From Mobula hypostoma (Eukaryota), in the NCBI RefSeq assembly GCF_963921235.1, contig NC_086097.1, positions 227,356,001 through 227,420,000 of the forward strand: DNA of 64,000 nucleotides, in the 5' to 3' direction. The notes beneath the pieces were generated by a model. That model did not search any database. It worked only from the letters and a program-made list of their open reading frames with translations, and had not been told where the DNA came from. Of the stretch, positions 25,378-38,069 are shown piece after piece. Both the position numbers and the translations under genes were made by a program. Positions within the stretch are counted from its first letter, which is position 1, and each line of letters opens with the position of its first letter.

Positions 25378-27711
25378 CACAGTATGTTGACAGGCTGACT
25401 AGGGGGAATGCCATACTAGATCTAGTATTAGGTAATGAACCAGGTCAGGTCACAGATCTCTCAGTGGGTGAGCATCTGGGGGACAGTGACCACCGCTTTC
25501 TAGCCTTTAGCATTATTATGGAAAAGGATAGATTCAGAGAGGACAGGAAAATTTTTAATTGGGGAAGGGCAAATTATGAGACTATAAGGCTAGAACTTGC
25601 GGGTGTGAATTGGGATGATGTTTTTGCAGGAAAATGTACTATGGACATCTGGTCGATGTTTAGAGATCTCTTGCAGGATGTTAGGGATAAATTTGTCCCA
25701 GTGAGGAAGATAAAGAATGGTAGGGTGAAGGAACCATGGGTAACAAGTGAGGTGGAAAATCTCGTCAGGTGGAAGAAGGCAGCATACATGAGGTTTAGGA
25801 AGCAAGGATCAGATGGGTCTATTGAGGTAGCAAGAAAGGAGCTTAAGAAGGGGCTGAGAAGAGCAAGAAAGGGGGCATGAGAAGGCCTTGATGAGTAGGG
25901 TAAAGGAAAACCCCAAGGCATTCTTCAATTATGTGAAGAACGAAAGGATGACAGGAGTGAAGGTAGGACGATTAGAGATAAAGGTGGGAAGATGTGCCTG
26001 GAGGCTGTGGAAGTGAGTGAATTCCTCAATGAATACTTCTCTTCAGTATTCACCAATGACAGGGAACTTGATGCCGGTGAGGACAATATGAGTGAGGTTG
26101 ATGTTCTGGAGCATGTAGATATTAAGGGAGAGAAGGTGTTGGAGTTGTTAAAATACATTAGGATGGATAAGTCCCCGGTATCTGACGGAATATTCCCCAG
26201 GCTGCTCCACGAGGTGAGGGAGGAGATTGCTGAGCCTCTGGTTAGGATCTTTATGTCCTCGTTGTCCACGGGAATGGTGCCAGAGGATTGGAGGGAAGTG
26301 AATGTTGTCCCCTTGTTCAAAAAAGGTAGTAGGGATAGTCCGGGTAGTTATAGACCAGTGAGCCTTACGTCTGTGGTGGGAAAGCTGTTGGAAAACATTA
26401 TTAGGGATAGGATCTATGATCATTTAGAGAATCATGGTATGATCAGGGACAGTCAGCATGGCTTTGTGAAGGGCAGATCGTGTCTAACAAGCCTGATAGA
26501 GTTTTTGAGGGGGTGACCAGGCATATAAATGAAGGTAGTGCAGTGGATGTGATCTATATGGATTTTAGTAAGACATTTGACAAGGTTCCACATGGTATGC
26601 TTATTCAGAAAGTCAGAAGGCATGGGATCCAGGGAAGTTTGGCCAGGTGGATTCAGAATTGGCTTGCCTGCAGAAGGCAGAGGGTCGTGGTGGAGAGAGT
26701 ACATTCAGATTGGAGGGATGTGACTAGTGGGGTCCCACAAGGATCTGTTCTGGGACCTCTACTCTTCATGATTTTTATTAACGACCTGGATGTGGGGGTA
26801 GAAGGGTGGGTTGGCAAGTTTGCGACGACACAAAGGTTGGTGGTGTTGTAGATAGTGTAGGGGATTGTCGAAGATTGCAGAGAGACTTTGATAGGATGCA
26901 GAAGTGGGCTGAGAAGTGGCAAATGGAATTCAACCCGGAGAAGTGTGAGGTGGTACACTTTGGAAGGACAAACTCCAAGGCAGAGTACAAAGTAAATGGC
27001 AGGATACTTGGTAGTGTGGAGGAGCAGAGGGATCTGGGGGTACATGTCCATAGATCACTGAAAGTTGCCTCACAGGTAGATAGGGTAGTTAAGAGAGCTT
27101 ATGGGGTGTTAGCTTTCATAAATCGAGGGATAGAGTTTAAGAGTTGTGATGTAATGATGCAGCTCTATAAAACTCTGGTTAGGCCACACTTGGAGTACTG
27201 TGTCTAGTTCTGGTCACCTCACTATAGGAAGGATGTGGAAGCATTGGAAAAAGTACAGAGGAGATTTACCAGGATGCTGCCTGTTTTAGAGAGTATGGAT
27301 TACGATCAGAGATTAAGGGAGCTAGGGCTTTACTCTTTGGAGAGAAAGAGGATAAGAGGAGACATGATAGAGGTGTACAAGATATTAAGAGGAATAGGTA
27401 GAATGGATAGCCAGCGCCTCTTCCCCAGGGCACCACTGCTCAATACAAGAGGACATGGTTTTAAGATAAGTTGTGGAAAGTTCAAGGGGGATATTAGAGG
27501 AAGGTTTTTTACTCAGAGAGTGGTTGGTGCATGGAATGCACTGCCTGAGTCAGTGGTAGAGGCAGATACACTAGTGAAGATTAAGAGACTACTAGACAGG
27601 TATATGGAGGAATTTAAGTTTGGGGGGTTATATGGGAGGCAGGGTTTGAGGGTCTGCACAACATTGTGGGCCAAAGGGCCTGTAATGTGCTGTACTATTC
27701 TACGTCTATGT
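25378..27711 (+). mobile_element. CR1 LINE ORF2 (endonuclease C-terminus to 3' UTR), few disablements
   Basis: [76 protein letters not shown]; (CTATGT)n tail; 7-bp TSD CTATAGT (25371-25377 / 27712-27718) inside an older CR1. Confidence 0.95.
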
Positions 27712-27825
27712 CTATAGTATGGTGACTAGAGCAACACAATAATATTTCAGTGATGGCATAACCAATATTTTATAAAATTAAACAACAGCCTTCTTACTTT
27801 TCCATTCCATGCCTTAGTAATGAGA

Positions 27826-28835
27826 ACATCATCATCATCATCATCATCAGGTGCCGTGCCAAGTTTGAGCTTTGACTGCCATGGCCCACACACTCCTGTT
27901 TCGGGTCAGGTGGATCAATTTATTGGTATTCTTTTCCATTTCTCTGGCTGCTATTTCCATCAGCATTTGTCTTTGTCTTCCTCTTGCTTTCTTCCATTCA
28001 ATCTTTCCCATAATTACAGTGCATTCTAATCCTCTTTCCTAATTACGTGTCCAATGAAGTTACATTGCCTTTTCGTGATCTCATACATTATTTCTCTTTT
28101 TGTGTTTGCTCTGTTCATGACATCCTCATTAGATATTTGTTTCGTCCGTGATATTCTTTGCATCCTCCTCAAAAACCACGTCTCTGCTGCTTCAATTCAT
28201 TTCCTCATGTTACTAGATATTATCCAACATTCTGAGCCGTATAACATAACTGGATAAAGGTAACTTTTCAGTACTCTGAGGTGGGTTGTCGTGCCTAGTT
28301 TAGTATTGGTCAGTATACTCTTCATTCTGGTAAAGGTGTCTTTTGCCATCCCTATTCTTCTTTTGATGTCCACGTCGCACCTGCCATCTGATGTCACCCA
28401 GCTTCCTAAGTAGCAAATGTTCTGTACTTGTTTTATGTCTTCCCCGTTTATTCTCAGCCTGCAGATAGTATTCTCCTTCTTTTTGGATATCACCATACAT
28501 TCTGTCTTTTTGCAATTGATAGATGGACCCATTTTTGCACATTCTTCAACAACTATATCAATTAAGTTTTGTAGTTCTTCCTCCGTACTTGCAATTAACA
28601 CAGTGTCATCTGCATATCTGAAATTATTGATGTTTTCACCGCCAAGTTTGATTCTCAAGATGTCTCTTATTTTTTGTAATATTGTTTCACTGTACACATT
28701 AAATAAATCAAGGGAGAAAACACTCCCTTGTCTAACGCCTCTCTTGATTTTCTTAAACTATTCTATTCTTACAGCGGCAGTTTGCTCCCAGTACAGATTT
28801 CGGATTACGTGGAGATCTTGCAGCAGCAACTCAAT
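27826..28835 (-). mobile_element. RTE-clade LINE, RT to 3' end with internal deletions
   Basis: GGENINNFRYADDTVLIA...QVQNICYLGSWVTSDGRCDVDIKRRIGMAK...VMLYGSECW; (TGA)n tail at 27826-27848. Confidence 0.9.
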
Positions 28836-29315
28836 GCATTAAAACATGTAGACATGGTCAAGAGGTTCAGTTGCTCTTCTTGCCAAACAACAGAATGGGG
28901 AAGAGATGTGGTGTAAGTGATTTTGACAATAGAATTATTGTTGGTCAGAAGGGGTGGTTGGAGTATCTCAGAAACTGCTGATCGCTTGGGATTTTCACGA
29001 ACAACAGTCTCTGGAGTTTACAGAGAGTGGTGCAAGAAACCAAAAAAAAAATCAGTGAGTGGCAGTTCTGTTGGCAAAAATGCCTTGTTAATGAGAGAGG
29101 TCGGGGAAGAATGGCCAGAGTGTTTCATGTTGTCAGGAAGGTGACAGTAACTCAAATAACCACACGGTGCAATAGTAGTATACAGAAGAGCACTTCTGAA
29201 CACACAACATGTTGAACCTTGAAGAGAATGGGCTGCATCAACAGAAGACCATGAATATACATTCAGTGGCTACTTTATTAGGTACCTCAGGTACCTAATA
29301 AATAGGTCATTGAGC
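28832..29315 (+). mobile_element. Tc1-type transposon fragment with fold-back terminus
   Basis: SISETADRLGFSRTTVSGVYREW...LVNERGRGRMARV (Tc1 HTH N-terminus); ends in the hairpin cattcagtggctactttattaggtacc/ggtacctaataaataggtcattgag. Confidence 0.85.
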
Positions 29316-29957
29316 ATAAATTAAACATGGCTACTCATTTTAATTGTGCATGTTTATATGGCTATTAGAAATATTAGAAACATAAAAAGAGATTATAAAA
29401 TTACCAGAATATTTCAACTATCGAAATCAACTTGGAAGTCTTTTTGTACCACAACCACATCTGAGAATGTTTCAATACAAAGTAGACACATGACCCAATT
29501 AATTTAACACTTGATTCCTCTGTACATATACAGTTCTTCTTAATGTTTAGTTCAGTTTTTTTCATATATAGGCAGTGTTTACTCCTGGCCATTGAACATG
29601 AGTTAACCTGTCCCACCATGTTATAATGCCTTTGGCTGAACAATTTGAAAAAACACATCAGTATTGCAACATGGTTGAAAAATTAAGTTTAAACTTAAAT
29701 ACTGTGATGGTGCACAATGGAGGTTTCATTTCTAATAGTTAAGTACAAAATGTCCATTAGTCATGCAGTTTTAATTCCCAAGCTCTCTAGGCCTAAATTA
29801 ATCTCCATCTAGAACATAGCTGTTTCAACTTAATTTGTTTAAATACTTTGTCTAATTAGTCAAATGAATGTGAGGAGAGCGGGCCTTGAATATCTTTCAT
29901 TCTGACCATTGTCAAGCTTTATTGTGATAGTAATGAAAATTAATTTCTGGATCTTTT

Positions 29958-30600
29958 AGACCATACGACAATGATATATGAGCAGACTATGCCATTCAGC
30001 CCATCTAGTCTGTTTGTCATTCCATCATGGCTGATTTATCCCTGTCGACTCCATTCTCCTGCCTTCTCGTCCTAACACTTCATGCCCTGACTAATCAGGA
30101 ACTCATCATACACCACTTTAAATATACTCAGTGACTTGATTTCCACAGCCAGCTATGGCAATGACTTCACCAGATCCACTACCTTCTGGCTAAAGAGATT
30201 CTTTCTTTTCTCTGTTCTAAATGGACATTACTCTATTCTGAGGCTATGCCTTCTGGTCCTAGACTCCCGCACTTTGGGAAACATTCTCCCCACGTCCACT
30301 TTAAATCTAGGCCTTTAAATATTCAAGAGGCTTCAATGAGGTCTTCCCCCTCATTTTTCTAAACTCTAGTAAGTCTGGGTCCAGAGCTCCTCATGTGTTT
30401 ACCCTTTCATTCCCAGAATCATTCTCATGAACCTCTTCTGTTCCCTTTCCAACGCCAGCACATTTTTTTTTAGATAACAGGCCCAAAACTGGTCACAATG
30501 CTTCAAGTGAGGTCTAACTAATGCCTTATAAAGCGTCAGGATTACATCCTTGCTCTTTTATTTAAGTCCTTTTGAAATGAATGCAAGTAGTTGCCTTCTT
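29958..30600 (-). mobile_element. CR1 LINE 3' region
   Basis: rc encodes RTEKRKNLFSQKVVDLVKSLP; tail agaccatacgac at the left end. Confidence 0.8.
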
Positions 30601-31245
30601 TTGAATTTATGACATCTGACTTACCATAATTATTTTTAATGAATTTTTATGTTTTTACAGTATGTTTTAATAGCCATTGTGGAAGGATTAACTAAATTAT
30701 CTGAATATTTTCCAATGAGGTAATCAAATCTGATTGACTCATCAGAAATTATTTATGGGCACCTTTATATTTTGGTGATTAAGCCAGTGTCTCCTGACCA
30801 TACATTTATTTCTTTCAACAGCTTTGATGCGTTAGCACGGTCAACCGCCATAATTAGCATTCACATTTCATTAGCAAGCATCTCAGATCAGTGAATAACT
30901 TCCAAATAAAGATTCTTATCTATCTGCTTCCATAATAGATTTTGGTCACATATGGCCCATATTATAGTCAGCAGTAGACTGTGTGCCTGTCACCACCTCA
31001 GCCTTATGTAAAGCTCTTTTCCAAAATGTACCTATACTCTTCATTTGTCTAAAAATGCAGCTTCCTAGGAAGTACCTTAATAGGAAATTATTGAGGTGCA
31101 GTGAGGTTAGGAGAATTTTTTATGGTTTATTTTGCTCTTCAAGATCTCTGTATCAAGTAAATGTGTGGAGTCTTTGTGTTGATCTTGTTATGTTTTCAAA
31201 GAGGACTATTTCAGTTATACTGTAGAAAGGCAAGGTAATAACCAT

Positions 31246-31372
31246 AAACACAAGAGATTCTGCAGATGCTGGAAATCCAGAGCAACACATGCTAAAAGTT
31301 GGAGGAACTCAGCAGGTCAGGCAGCATCTACGGAAATATATAAGCAGTCGACCTTTTGGCCGAGACCCTTCA
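31246..31372 (-). mobile_element. Penelope pLTR
   Basis: aacacaagagattctgcagatgctggaaatcc...gtcgaccttttggccgagaccctt. Confidence 0.75.
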
Positions 31373-31861
31373 ATAATCATGTCCTTTGTCCGTAAATTGG
31401 ACACTGCAAAAAATGTAATTTTGATCTTGAATAATGCTTAATATACTTCCTTCTACTTCATGTGCCTTGTGTGGAACACGCTTGGGTGATCATGGCTTTC
31501 CACATCGAATGATCCCATGCAGCGTCAATCATATCTCACACACTTAGATCTGTTAGTTCTTTTAATATACTTTAGGACCACTAATCATGATTAACTGTTC
31601 TGGTTACGGCATAGTCATCAAGAAGGTTTTAGCTTTTTAAGTGTCTGGATATGCTGTTGCCTGCTTGCACCCACCTCCCACTTCTTTCTTTGCATTTCTT
31701 GGACTCCTCCCCACAAGATCCTGAGTCACATCCTGGACTCCTCTTGGACTCTCCTCCAACATCCTCCCTCTGCCACAAAACATTTCACCCCAACTATAAT
31801 TAGCTACTTTCCAGGTCCATGCTCCTCCTATCAGCACATTAATAATACCAAGATATTGCTG

Positions 31862-32180
31862 CTCACAAACAAGAGAAAATCTGCAGGTGCTGGAATTCCA
31901 AGCAACATACACAGAATGCTGGAGGTACTCAGCAGGCCAGGCAGCATCTCTGGAAAAGAGTACACAGTCGATGTTTTGGGCCTAGACCCTTCATCATAAT
32001 GGGAGAAAAAGATGGGAAGTCGGCGTACAAAGGTGGGGGAAGGGGAGGAAGAAATACAAAGGTAGTAGGTAGTAGGGAATGGGAAATGGAATTAAAATGG
32101 GTGGCCACTGGGAGATCCCACTTTTTCTGGCAGAAATAAGTGCTCGGTGAAGTGGTCTCCCAATCTATGTCAGGTCTCAC
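31862..32180 (-). mobile_element. Penelope pLTR plus GIY-YIG fragment
   Basis: CQKKWDLPVATHFNSISHS (31929-32180), with a pLTR at 31862-31997. Confidence 0.8.
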
Positions 32181-32673
32181 AAAGGTAACAACTGCTACAT
32201 CTTTGTTTTAACACGATTTCCTATTTTTAGGATATTTTCTTTCTGGGAATTACATAACATACTGGCAATAATGTCACATTTCCCTCAAAGCTTGAAAATT
32301 AATTTCCTTTGGAATTTCAAGGTTTTTAAATGTTGTTTTCGACACTCAGATATCAAAGTAGAGGGAGAAAAATTGTTTAGAAGTTAATTATTTTGTTATC
32401 AATGTAAAGCAGTCCATTTAACTAACTGCCCTTAATAAGGCTAACAGCCTCTTGTGCCTCCTAGTTTCTAGATGATGAATTATTTTGTCAGTGCTAGAAC
32501 ATTATTTATAAATCTCAGCCTGCTGCATCTTTCCACTTTTGGGTATTTTGAATCTTTACAATTGATTTAAATATCAATATCAAATAGAACAATTGAAAAT
32601 TTAGATATTATCAATTTAATACAATACAAAGAAAGATTTCAATTCAGAGCCTTAAATATTTTTGATAGTCTGA

Positions 32674-32950
32674 GGCAGCACAGTAACGTCGTGGTTAGCC
32701 CAATGCTTTACAGTACAGGGGACCCGAGTTCAATTCCCACCACTGCATGTTTGTACATTGTCCCTGTGACCGCATGGGTTTCTGCTAAGGTGCTCTGGTT
32801 TCCTCCCACAGTCCAAAGATGTACCAGTTGGTAGGTTAGTTGATCATTGTAAATTGTTCCATGATTAGATTAGGATTTAATCTGGGGATTACCAGGCTGC
32901 ATGGCTCGAAGGGCCTATCCCACGCTGTATCTCAAAAAGAAACATTAAAA
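32674..32950 (+). mobile_element. V-SINE/HE1-type SINE, near full length
   Basis: tRNA-like head with A-box-like gtggttagcccaatg and B-box GAGTTCAATTCC; V-core ggtttcctcccacagtccaaagatgtacc; CR1-like tail and A-rich end. Confidence 0.85.
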
Positions 32951-33929
32951 AAAATAAAATGTATTTTCTCCCTGAAATTTCAGAGAGGATATTATGCTCT
33001 TGCTCTGTCAATCTTGAAAACAGTATAATGATCTACAAAACTGGACCATTTAAGTGTGCATAATGTTCAGTTTTTGATCTCTTCTGTTCATTCTGTCTTG
33101 AGTAATGCACATTGCGTACCCTTACTGCATATTGTTATGAACTAAAGATGATTTTGGAACCAGTAATTTTGTATTGCAAGGTAGCAAGTAAGTTGACAAA
33201 TATCATAGCAATTGACAGCCCTTCTTCTGTAAGTTCCATCAGCAGCATGTATCCACTATGGGTTGAAAAATAAAGTCAGTCAGTCAGGATTATCAGTAGC
33301 AGCTTTTTAAACCCTTGTTTTCCATGGATAGATATGGTTTCCATAGATGGGATCAAATAATATCAAACTTCCATAATAAAACAAAGGAATTATCAAACCT
33401 TTGAATTATTTACACTGTCCACAGGGAGTGTTTTTTTTTGATCAGATTAATACTTTTAAAGTACAGAGTTCAGGAAGTTGCCATGGTTCTTCTATTCTGG
33501 GAATCTAAAAGAACTACGAAATGAAGACTTCTTTTGTAGAAAGAAGTCGTTCTCTGCCAGGAGGACCAGATGATACTGCAGTTGATTAAAGAAGTTATGC
33601 ATTACATATATTACTCAACACTGTGGGGAAAATATTTTGGTTTATAACTATTCAATCGTTGAAACAAGGTCCCTAAGAAGATGGGGGAAGCAGTTAATAC
33701 TGAGCATTGTAATGATATTTAGATATTTTTGGAACATTTATGGTTTCAGTATCAGTAACTTGAGGATTAATATGCAATAAATTTAGTTTGCTTGCAAGGA
33801 ACAGGTTAATTAGACCTGTGTTTCTCAAATTGTGCATCAGCGACTGCTGTAGATTAATTGATAAGCATTGATTCCTCAATACCCTACTACCCTTATAACG
33901 TGTGATTACCATCAATGAAGAGAAAGTTT

Positions 33930-34240
33930 GAAGTATCCACAATTCTTAAGGGACTTGAGGAGAAGATGCAGCTTAGATGTCTGTATAGGCCTTGAACCAG
34001 GAGTATCATGAACCAGGAGATCACAGTCTCATTATAGGGATTGTACATTCAAATTAGAGATAGGAAAGTTTCTTCACCCAAATAACAGCAAATCTTTGGA
34101 ACTCTGTACCCAAGAGGGCCATGGAGTTGCTGAATGTACTTAAGAAACAGACCAATAGATTTTTGGATTTGAAGGGAATTGAGGAATATGTTGTATATGC
34201 AGGAATGTGTCCCTAAGGTGAAAGATCAGCCATGATTTTT
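33930..34240 (+). mobile_element. Old CR1 3' end
   Basis: aaagtttcttcacccaaataacagcaaatctttggaactctgtacc...gatcagccatgatt. Confidence 0.55.
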
Positions 34241-34303
34241 TACCTTAGTTGGACAGTTGCACGTCACCAAAGGGTACACTTATGTTCCTGTTTCTTCCTT
34301 TAG

Positions 34304-35185
34304 CCTACTGACTCTCACAACTATCTGGACTATTCCTCTTCTCACCCTGTCTCTTGCAAAAACGCCATCCCCTTCTCGCAATTCCTCCGTCTCCGCCGCA
34401 TCTGCTCTCAGGATGAGGCTTTTCATTCTAGGACGAGGGAGATGTCTTCATTTTTTAAAGAAAGGGGCTTCCCTTCCTCCACTATCAACTCTGCTCTTAA
34501 ACGCATCTCCCCCATTTCACGTACATCTGCTCTCACTCCATCCTCCCACCACCCCACTAGGAATAGGGTTCCCCTGGTCCTCACCTACCACCCCACCAGC
34601 CTCCGGGTCCAACATATTATTCTCCGTAACTTCCGCCACCTCCAACGGGATCCCACCACTAAGCATATCTTTCCCTCCCCGCCTCTCTCTGCATTCCGCA
34701 GGGATCGCTCCCTACACAACTTCCTTGTCCATTCGTCCCCCCCATCCCTCCCCACTGATCTCCCTCCTGGCACTTATCCGTGTAAGCGGAACAAGTGCTA
34801 CACATGCCCTTACACTTCCTCCCTTACCACCATTCAGGGCCCCAAACAGTCCTTCCAGGTGAGGCATCACTTCACCTGTGAGTCGACTGGGGTGATATAC
34901 TGCGTCCGGTGCTCCCGATGTGGCCTTTTATATATTGGTGAGACCCGACGCAGACTGGGAGACCGCTTTGCTGAACATCTACGCTCTGTCCGCCAGAGAA
35001 AGCAGGATCTCCCAGTGGCCACACATTTTAATTCCACATCCCATTCCCATTCTGACATGTCTTTCCACGGCCTCCTCTACTGTAAAGATGAAGCCACACT
35101 CAGGTTGGAGGAACAACACCTTATATTCCGTCTGGGTAGCCTCCAACCTGATGGCATGAACATTGACTTCTCTAACTTCCGCTAG
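34304..35185 (+). CDS. Penelope RT thumb, linker and GIY-YIG endonuclease (partial ORF)
   Basis: Stop-free from PTDSHNYLDYSSSHP...FSQFLRLRRICS through CKRNKCYTC, VIYCVRCSRCGLLYIGETRRRLGDRFAEH and LEEQHLIFRLGSLQPDGMN. Confidence 0.9.
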   Translation, partial: PTDSHNYLDYSSSHPVSCKNAIPFSQFLRLRRICSQDEAFHSRTREMSSFFKERGFPSSTINSALKRISPISRTSALTPSSHHPTRNRVPLVLTYHPTSLRVQHIILRNFRHLQRDPTTKHIFPSPPLSAFRRDRSLHNFLVHSSPPSLPTDLPPGTYPCKRNKCYTCPYTSSLTTIQGPKQSFQVRHHFTCESTGVIYCVRCSRCGLLYIGETRRRLGDRFAEHLRSVRQRKQDLPVATHFNSTSHSHSDMSFHGLLYCKDEATLRLEEQHLIFRLGSLQPDGMNIDFSNFR

Positions 35186-35478
35186 GCCCCACCTCCCCCT
35201 CGTACCCCATCTGTTACTCTTTTTAATGCACACATTCTTTCTCTCACTCTCCTTTTTCTCCCTCTGTCCCTCTGAATATACCTCTTGCCCATCCTCTGGG
35301 TCAGCCCCCCCCCCGTCTTTCTTCCCGGACCTCCTGTCCCATGATCCTCTCGTATCCCCTTCTGCCTATCACCTGTCCAGCTCTCGGCTCCATCCCTCCC
35401 CCTCCTGTCTTCTCCTATCATTTTGCATCTCCCCCTCCCCCTCCAGCTTTCAAATCCCTTACTCACTCTTCCTTCAGT

Positions 35479-35516
35479 TAGTCCTGACGAAGGGTCTCGA
35501 CCTGAAACGTCGACTG
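35479..35516 (+). ncRNA. Minimal type I hammerhead ribozyme motif
   Basis: tagtc-CTGACGA-agg(gtctcga)cct-GAAAC-GTC^gactg: core boxes, helix I agtc/gact, palindromic ACGT helix III; predicted cleavage after 35511. Confidence 0.75.
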
Positions 35517-35851
35517 CGCCTCTTCCTATAGATGCTGCCTGGCCTGCTGCGTTCACCAGCAACTTTGATGTATGTTGCTTGAATTTCCAGCATCTGCAGA
35601 ATTCCTGTTGTCTTCCTTTAAGGGTTTATTTACCATGTAACATTTCCTTAATCCCCATAAATGTCTGCTTAAAATTCTGCTTTCTAATGATGCTCATGCC
35701 ACTCAAGAATAGCAATGAAACATCATGGAATCAATTCAAGTATAACTATATATTACCAGGGTATGCACTAGTAAAGAGAGAAACAATGTGACAAGGAAGA
35801 GTAACGTATTAAGTATGGTATTCATAATATTGGGTTTCTGTCACTCCAAAT

Positions 35852-35854
<3 letters not shown>

Positions 35855-35882
<28 letters not shown>
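35855..35882. repeat. (GT)14 microsatellite
   Basis: Read directly from the sequence. Confidence 0.95.
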
Positions 35883-35885
<3 letters not shown>

Positions 35886-36526
35886 ATCAATTTTGTTTAT
35901 TAAGTTCTAAAATCATCCAGTATAACCTTAAATCAGTTCTGTTTCGTGTTTGCTTATAGTGAGGAAAAATCCATTACTTGTCTGTAAATACAACTTCTGT
36001 CTTACTGACGGTATTTATTTACCAATATATAATCTTTTTTTACACACCACTATGTTTCTGTTTCAAAACTCCCAATGTCAGTTGTTATAATTTAATTTGT
36101 GTGTATATTTTATAGATAAAAGCAAATAGATAATAAATATGGACGTTTGTTAATATTAGACAGTTTATGAAAATGTTTTAGGACTGCACAAGCAGTTTAG
36201 ATTTTACAATTTACCCTTTAAGGAATTTACAATAAGGTACCTTGGTCAACCTTTATTCTATCCACAGTTCTGGCAGCTGGTTAAAAGAAAAAGAGCTACA
36301 AGTAATCATCAAAATATCTGTATTGTTTGGCCATTTAGAGTTCCCTATCAAGTCGTAGAAAAATGTTAATTTTAGAAGATTTATTTTATGACCTGTAATT
36401 ACTGTTATTAAGAAAGCTCTAGAGACTAACATGGAGCTTTGACTGAAAATTAGCTTGACACATTCCATAATTAATGCTGAATTAAAATCCTACATTATGT
36501 GCCAGACAAAATTATTTTCCTTGCAG

Positions 36527-36717
36527 CTAGAAATGCATTCAAAGCAAAAACTATGCATGCTTAGCAAATAGCATCTCAGGAAGCTGAAAAATCCAAAAAA
36601 AATCTTTTCAGAGAAATGAAATCCAAAGAATAGAAGGAATATTCTTTGCTATTAACAAGAATTGCTAAGATTGATAAACTGAAATCCATGGTTTCTAAAT
36701 AAAATGATAAGCAAAAG
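36527..36717 (+). pseudogene. Probable decayed coiled-coil exon of the host gene
   Basis: Acceptor attattttccttgcag| and donor AAG|gtttat; 191 nt (3n-1); LEMHSKQKL/fs/HA*QIASQEAEKSKKNLFREMKSKE*KEYSLLLTRIAKIDKLKSMVSK*NDKQK. Confidence 0.4.
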
Positions 36718-36799
36718 GTTTATAATTTCATCAGATAATTTTATTGTTCACAATTTATAGTGGAAGTTTAGTACTGCAAATAAGCCTTTATCATTGTGA

Positions 36800-37150
36800 A
36801 AAGCATTATCAAGGATGCATCTCACCCTAACCATGGACTTTTTACTCTCCTCCCATCCGGTAGGCGCTACAGGAGCCTCCGCTCCTGCACCAGCAGACAC
36901 AGGAAGAGCTTCTTCCCTGAGGCTGTGACCCTGCTGAACCTCACATCACAGTGCTAAGCAGTATTGCACCCATATTGTACTATCTCAGTACTTTTATATT
37001 TGTGTGCTGTAGCACTTACTTTTTATTTGCAGTTATTTTGTAAATAACATTATTCTTTGCATTTCTGGCCAGATGCTAACTGCATTTCATTGGCTTTGTA
37101 TCTGTACTCGGCACAATGACAATAAAGTTGAATCTAATCTAATCTAATCT
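36800..37150 (+). mobile_element. Rex1/Babar-type 3' end
   Basis: SIIKDASHPNHGLFTLLPSGRRYRSLRSCTSRHRKSFFPEAVTLLN; (AATCT)n tail. Confidence 0.85.
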
Positions 37151-38069
37151 TTTGAAGGAATATGTTGTACACAAATAGAGTTTAGTGACAAAATGTATCA
37201 ATTTGTATATTTATAGGAAGTAGAAGAAGATAAGAAGCCTTGCATAATTTTCTCCAGGCTAAGATCTGATAGGCAGCACAATCATATTTGTTATGCAAAG
37301 TTCTCTGAATGTGATGGGTGTCGTCCCATGCATAACAAATACATGCTTGACAAGTTGAACCTCAGCTAATTGAGTTGTCAATTTCAAAGTCTACGAACAT
37401 ATGAAGTTCAAATACATGACTTTTATTTCAAATTTAGTCTTTTTTCACTTTAATAATGTTCATAGGAATTTGTGGTTATAATAACTAAACTATTGTCATT
37501 AACTTTCGTTATAGATTCAAAACTTTTCCATTTGATTGCAGCCTTTACCCATCAGAGTCAAAGGCAACTGGCTGACTTATCTTCAGGTTTACTTAAACCA
37601 GTCACACAATGTAATAAAAAGTTACAAGTTTAAGTGTCATACAGCACAGAATTAGGTTCTTCATTTCACAAATCCATGCTGACATTTTTGGCCTACCATC
37701 CAAAACTTTTGCCCATATTCAGTCTGTATGCTTATGTCTTAAGTGTCTGCCTGAATATCTTTCAAACATAATGATTGTATCTGTTTCCACACTTCCTCTA
37801 GCAGTGAGTTCCCAATTTCAATGAATCTCTTCGTAAAACAACTTTCAAGACTCCCATTTAAAACACCTTCCTCTGTATTTAAACCTGCAGCATCTTGTTT
37901 TTGATACTCCTTCCACAGGAAAAAGATTGTGACTATTAACCCTGTTTATGCCTCTTAGAAATGTATATTCTTTCTGGTCTCCCCACCCTCCTTCTCTTCA
38001 CAGAAAACTCAATGAGGAACTCAGGAAGGCTAAGAGAAAACGAGGTTCTCTAGCAGACAAGGTGAAGGA

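Larger units (their letters stand above)
34303..35610 (+). mobile_element. Penelope-like element, 5'-truncated, young
   Basis: 10-bp TSD TCTTCCTTTA (34293-34302 / 35611-35620); uninterrupted ORF; pyrimidine-rich 3' region; pLTR with hammerhead motif. Confidence 0.92.

Noticed and set aside
25574..27051. Several long minus-strand ORFs
   Set aside because: Antisense frames of CR1 ORF2.
32674..32745. tRNA-like A/B boxes
   Set aside because: This is the head of a V-SINE, not a complete tRNA cloverleaf.
35163..35791. Three ORFs of 120+ aa
   Set aside because: Low-complexity Penelope 3' region and pLTR read in various frames.
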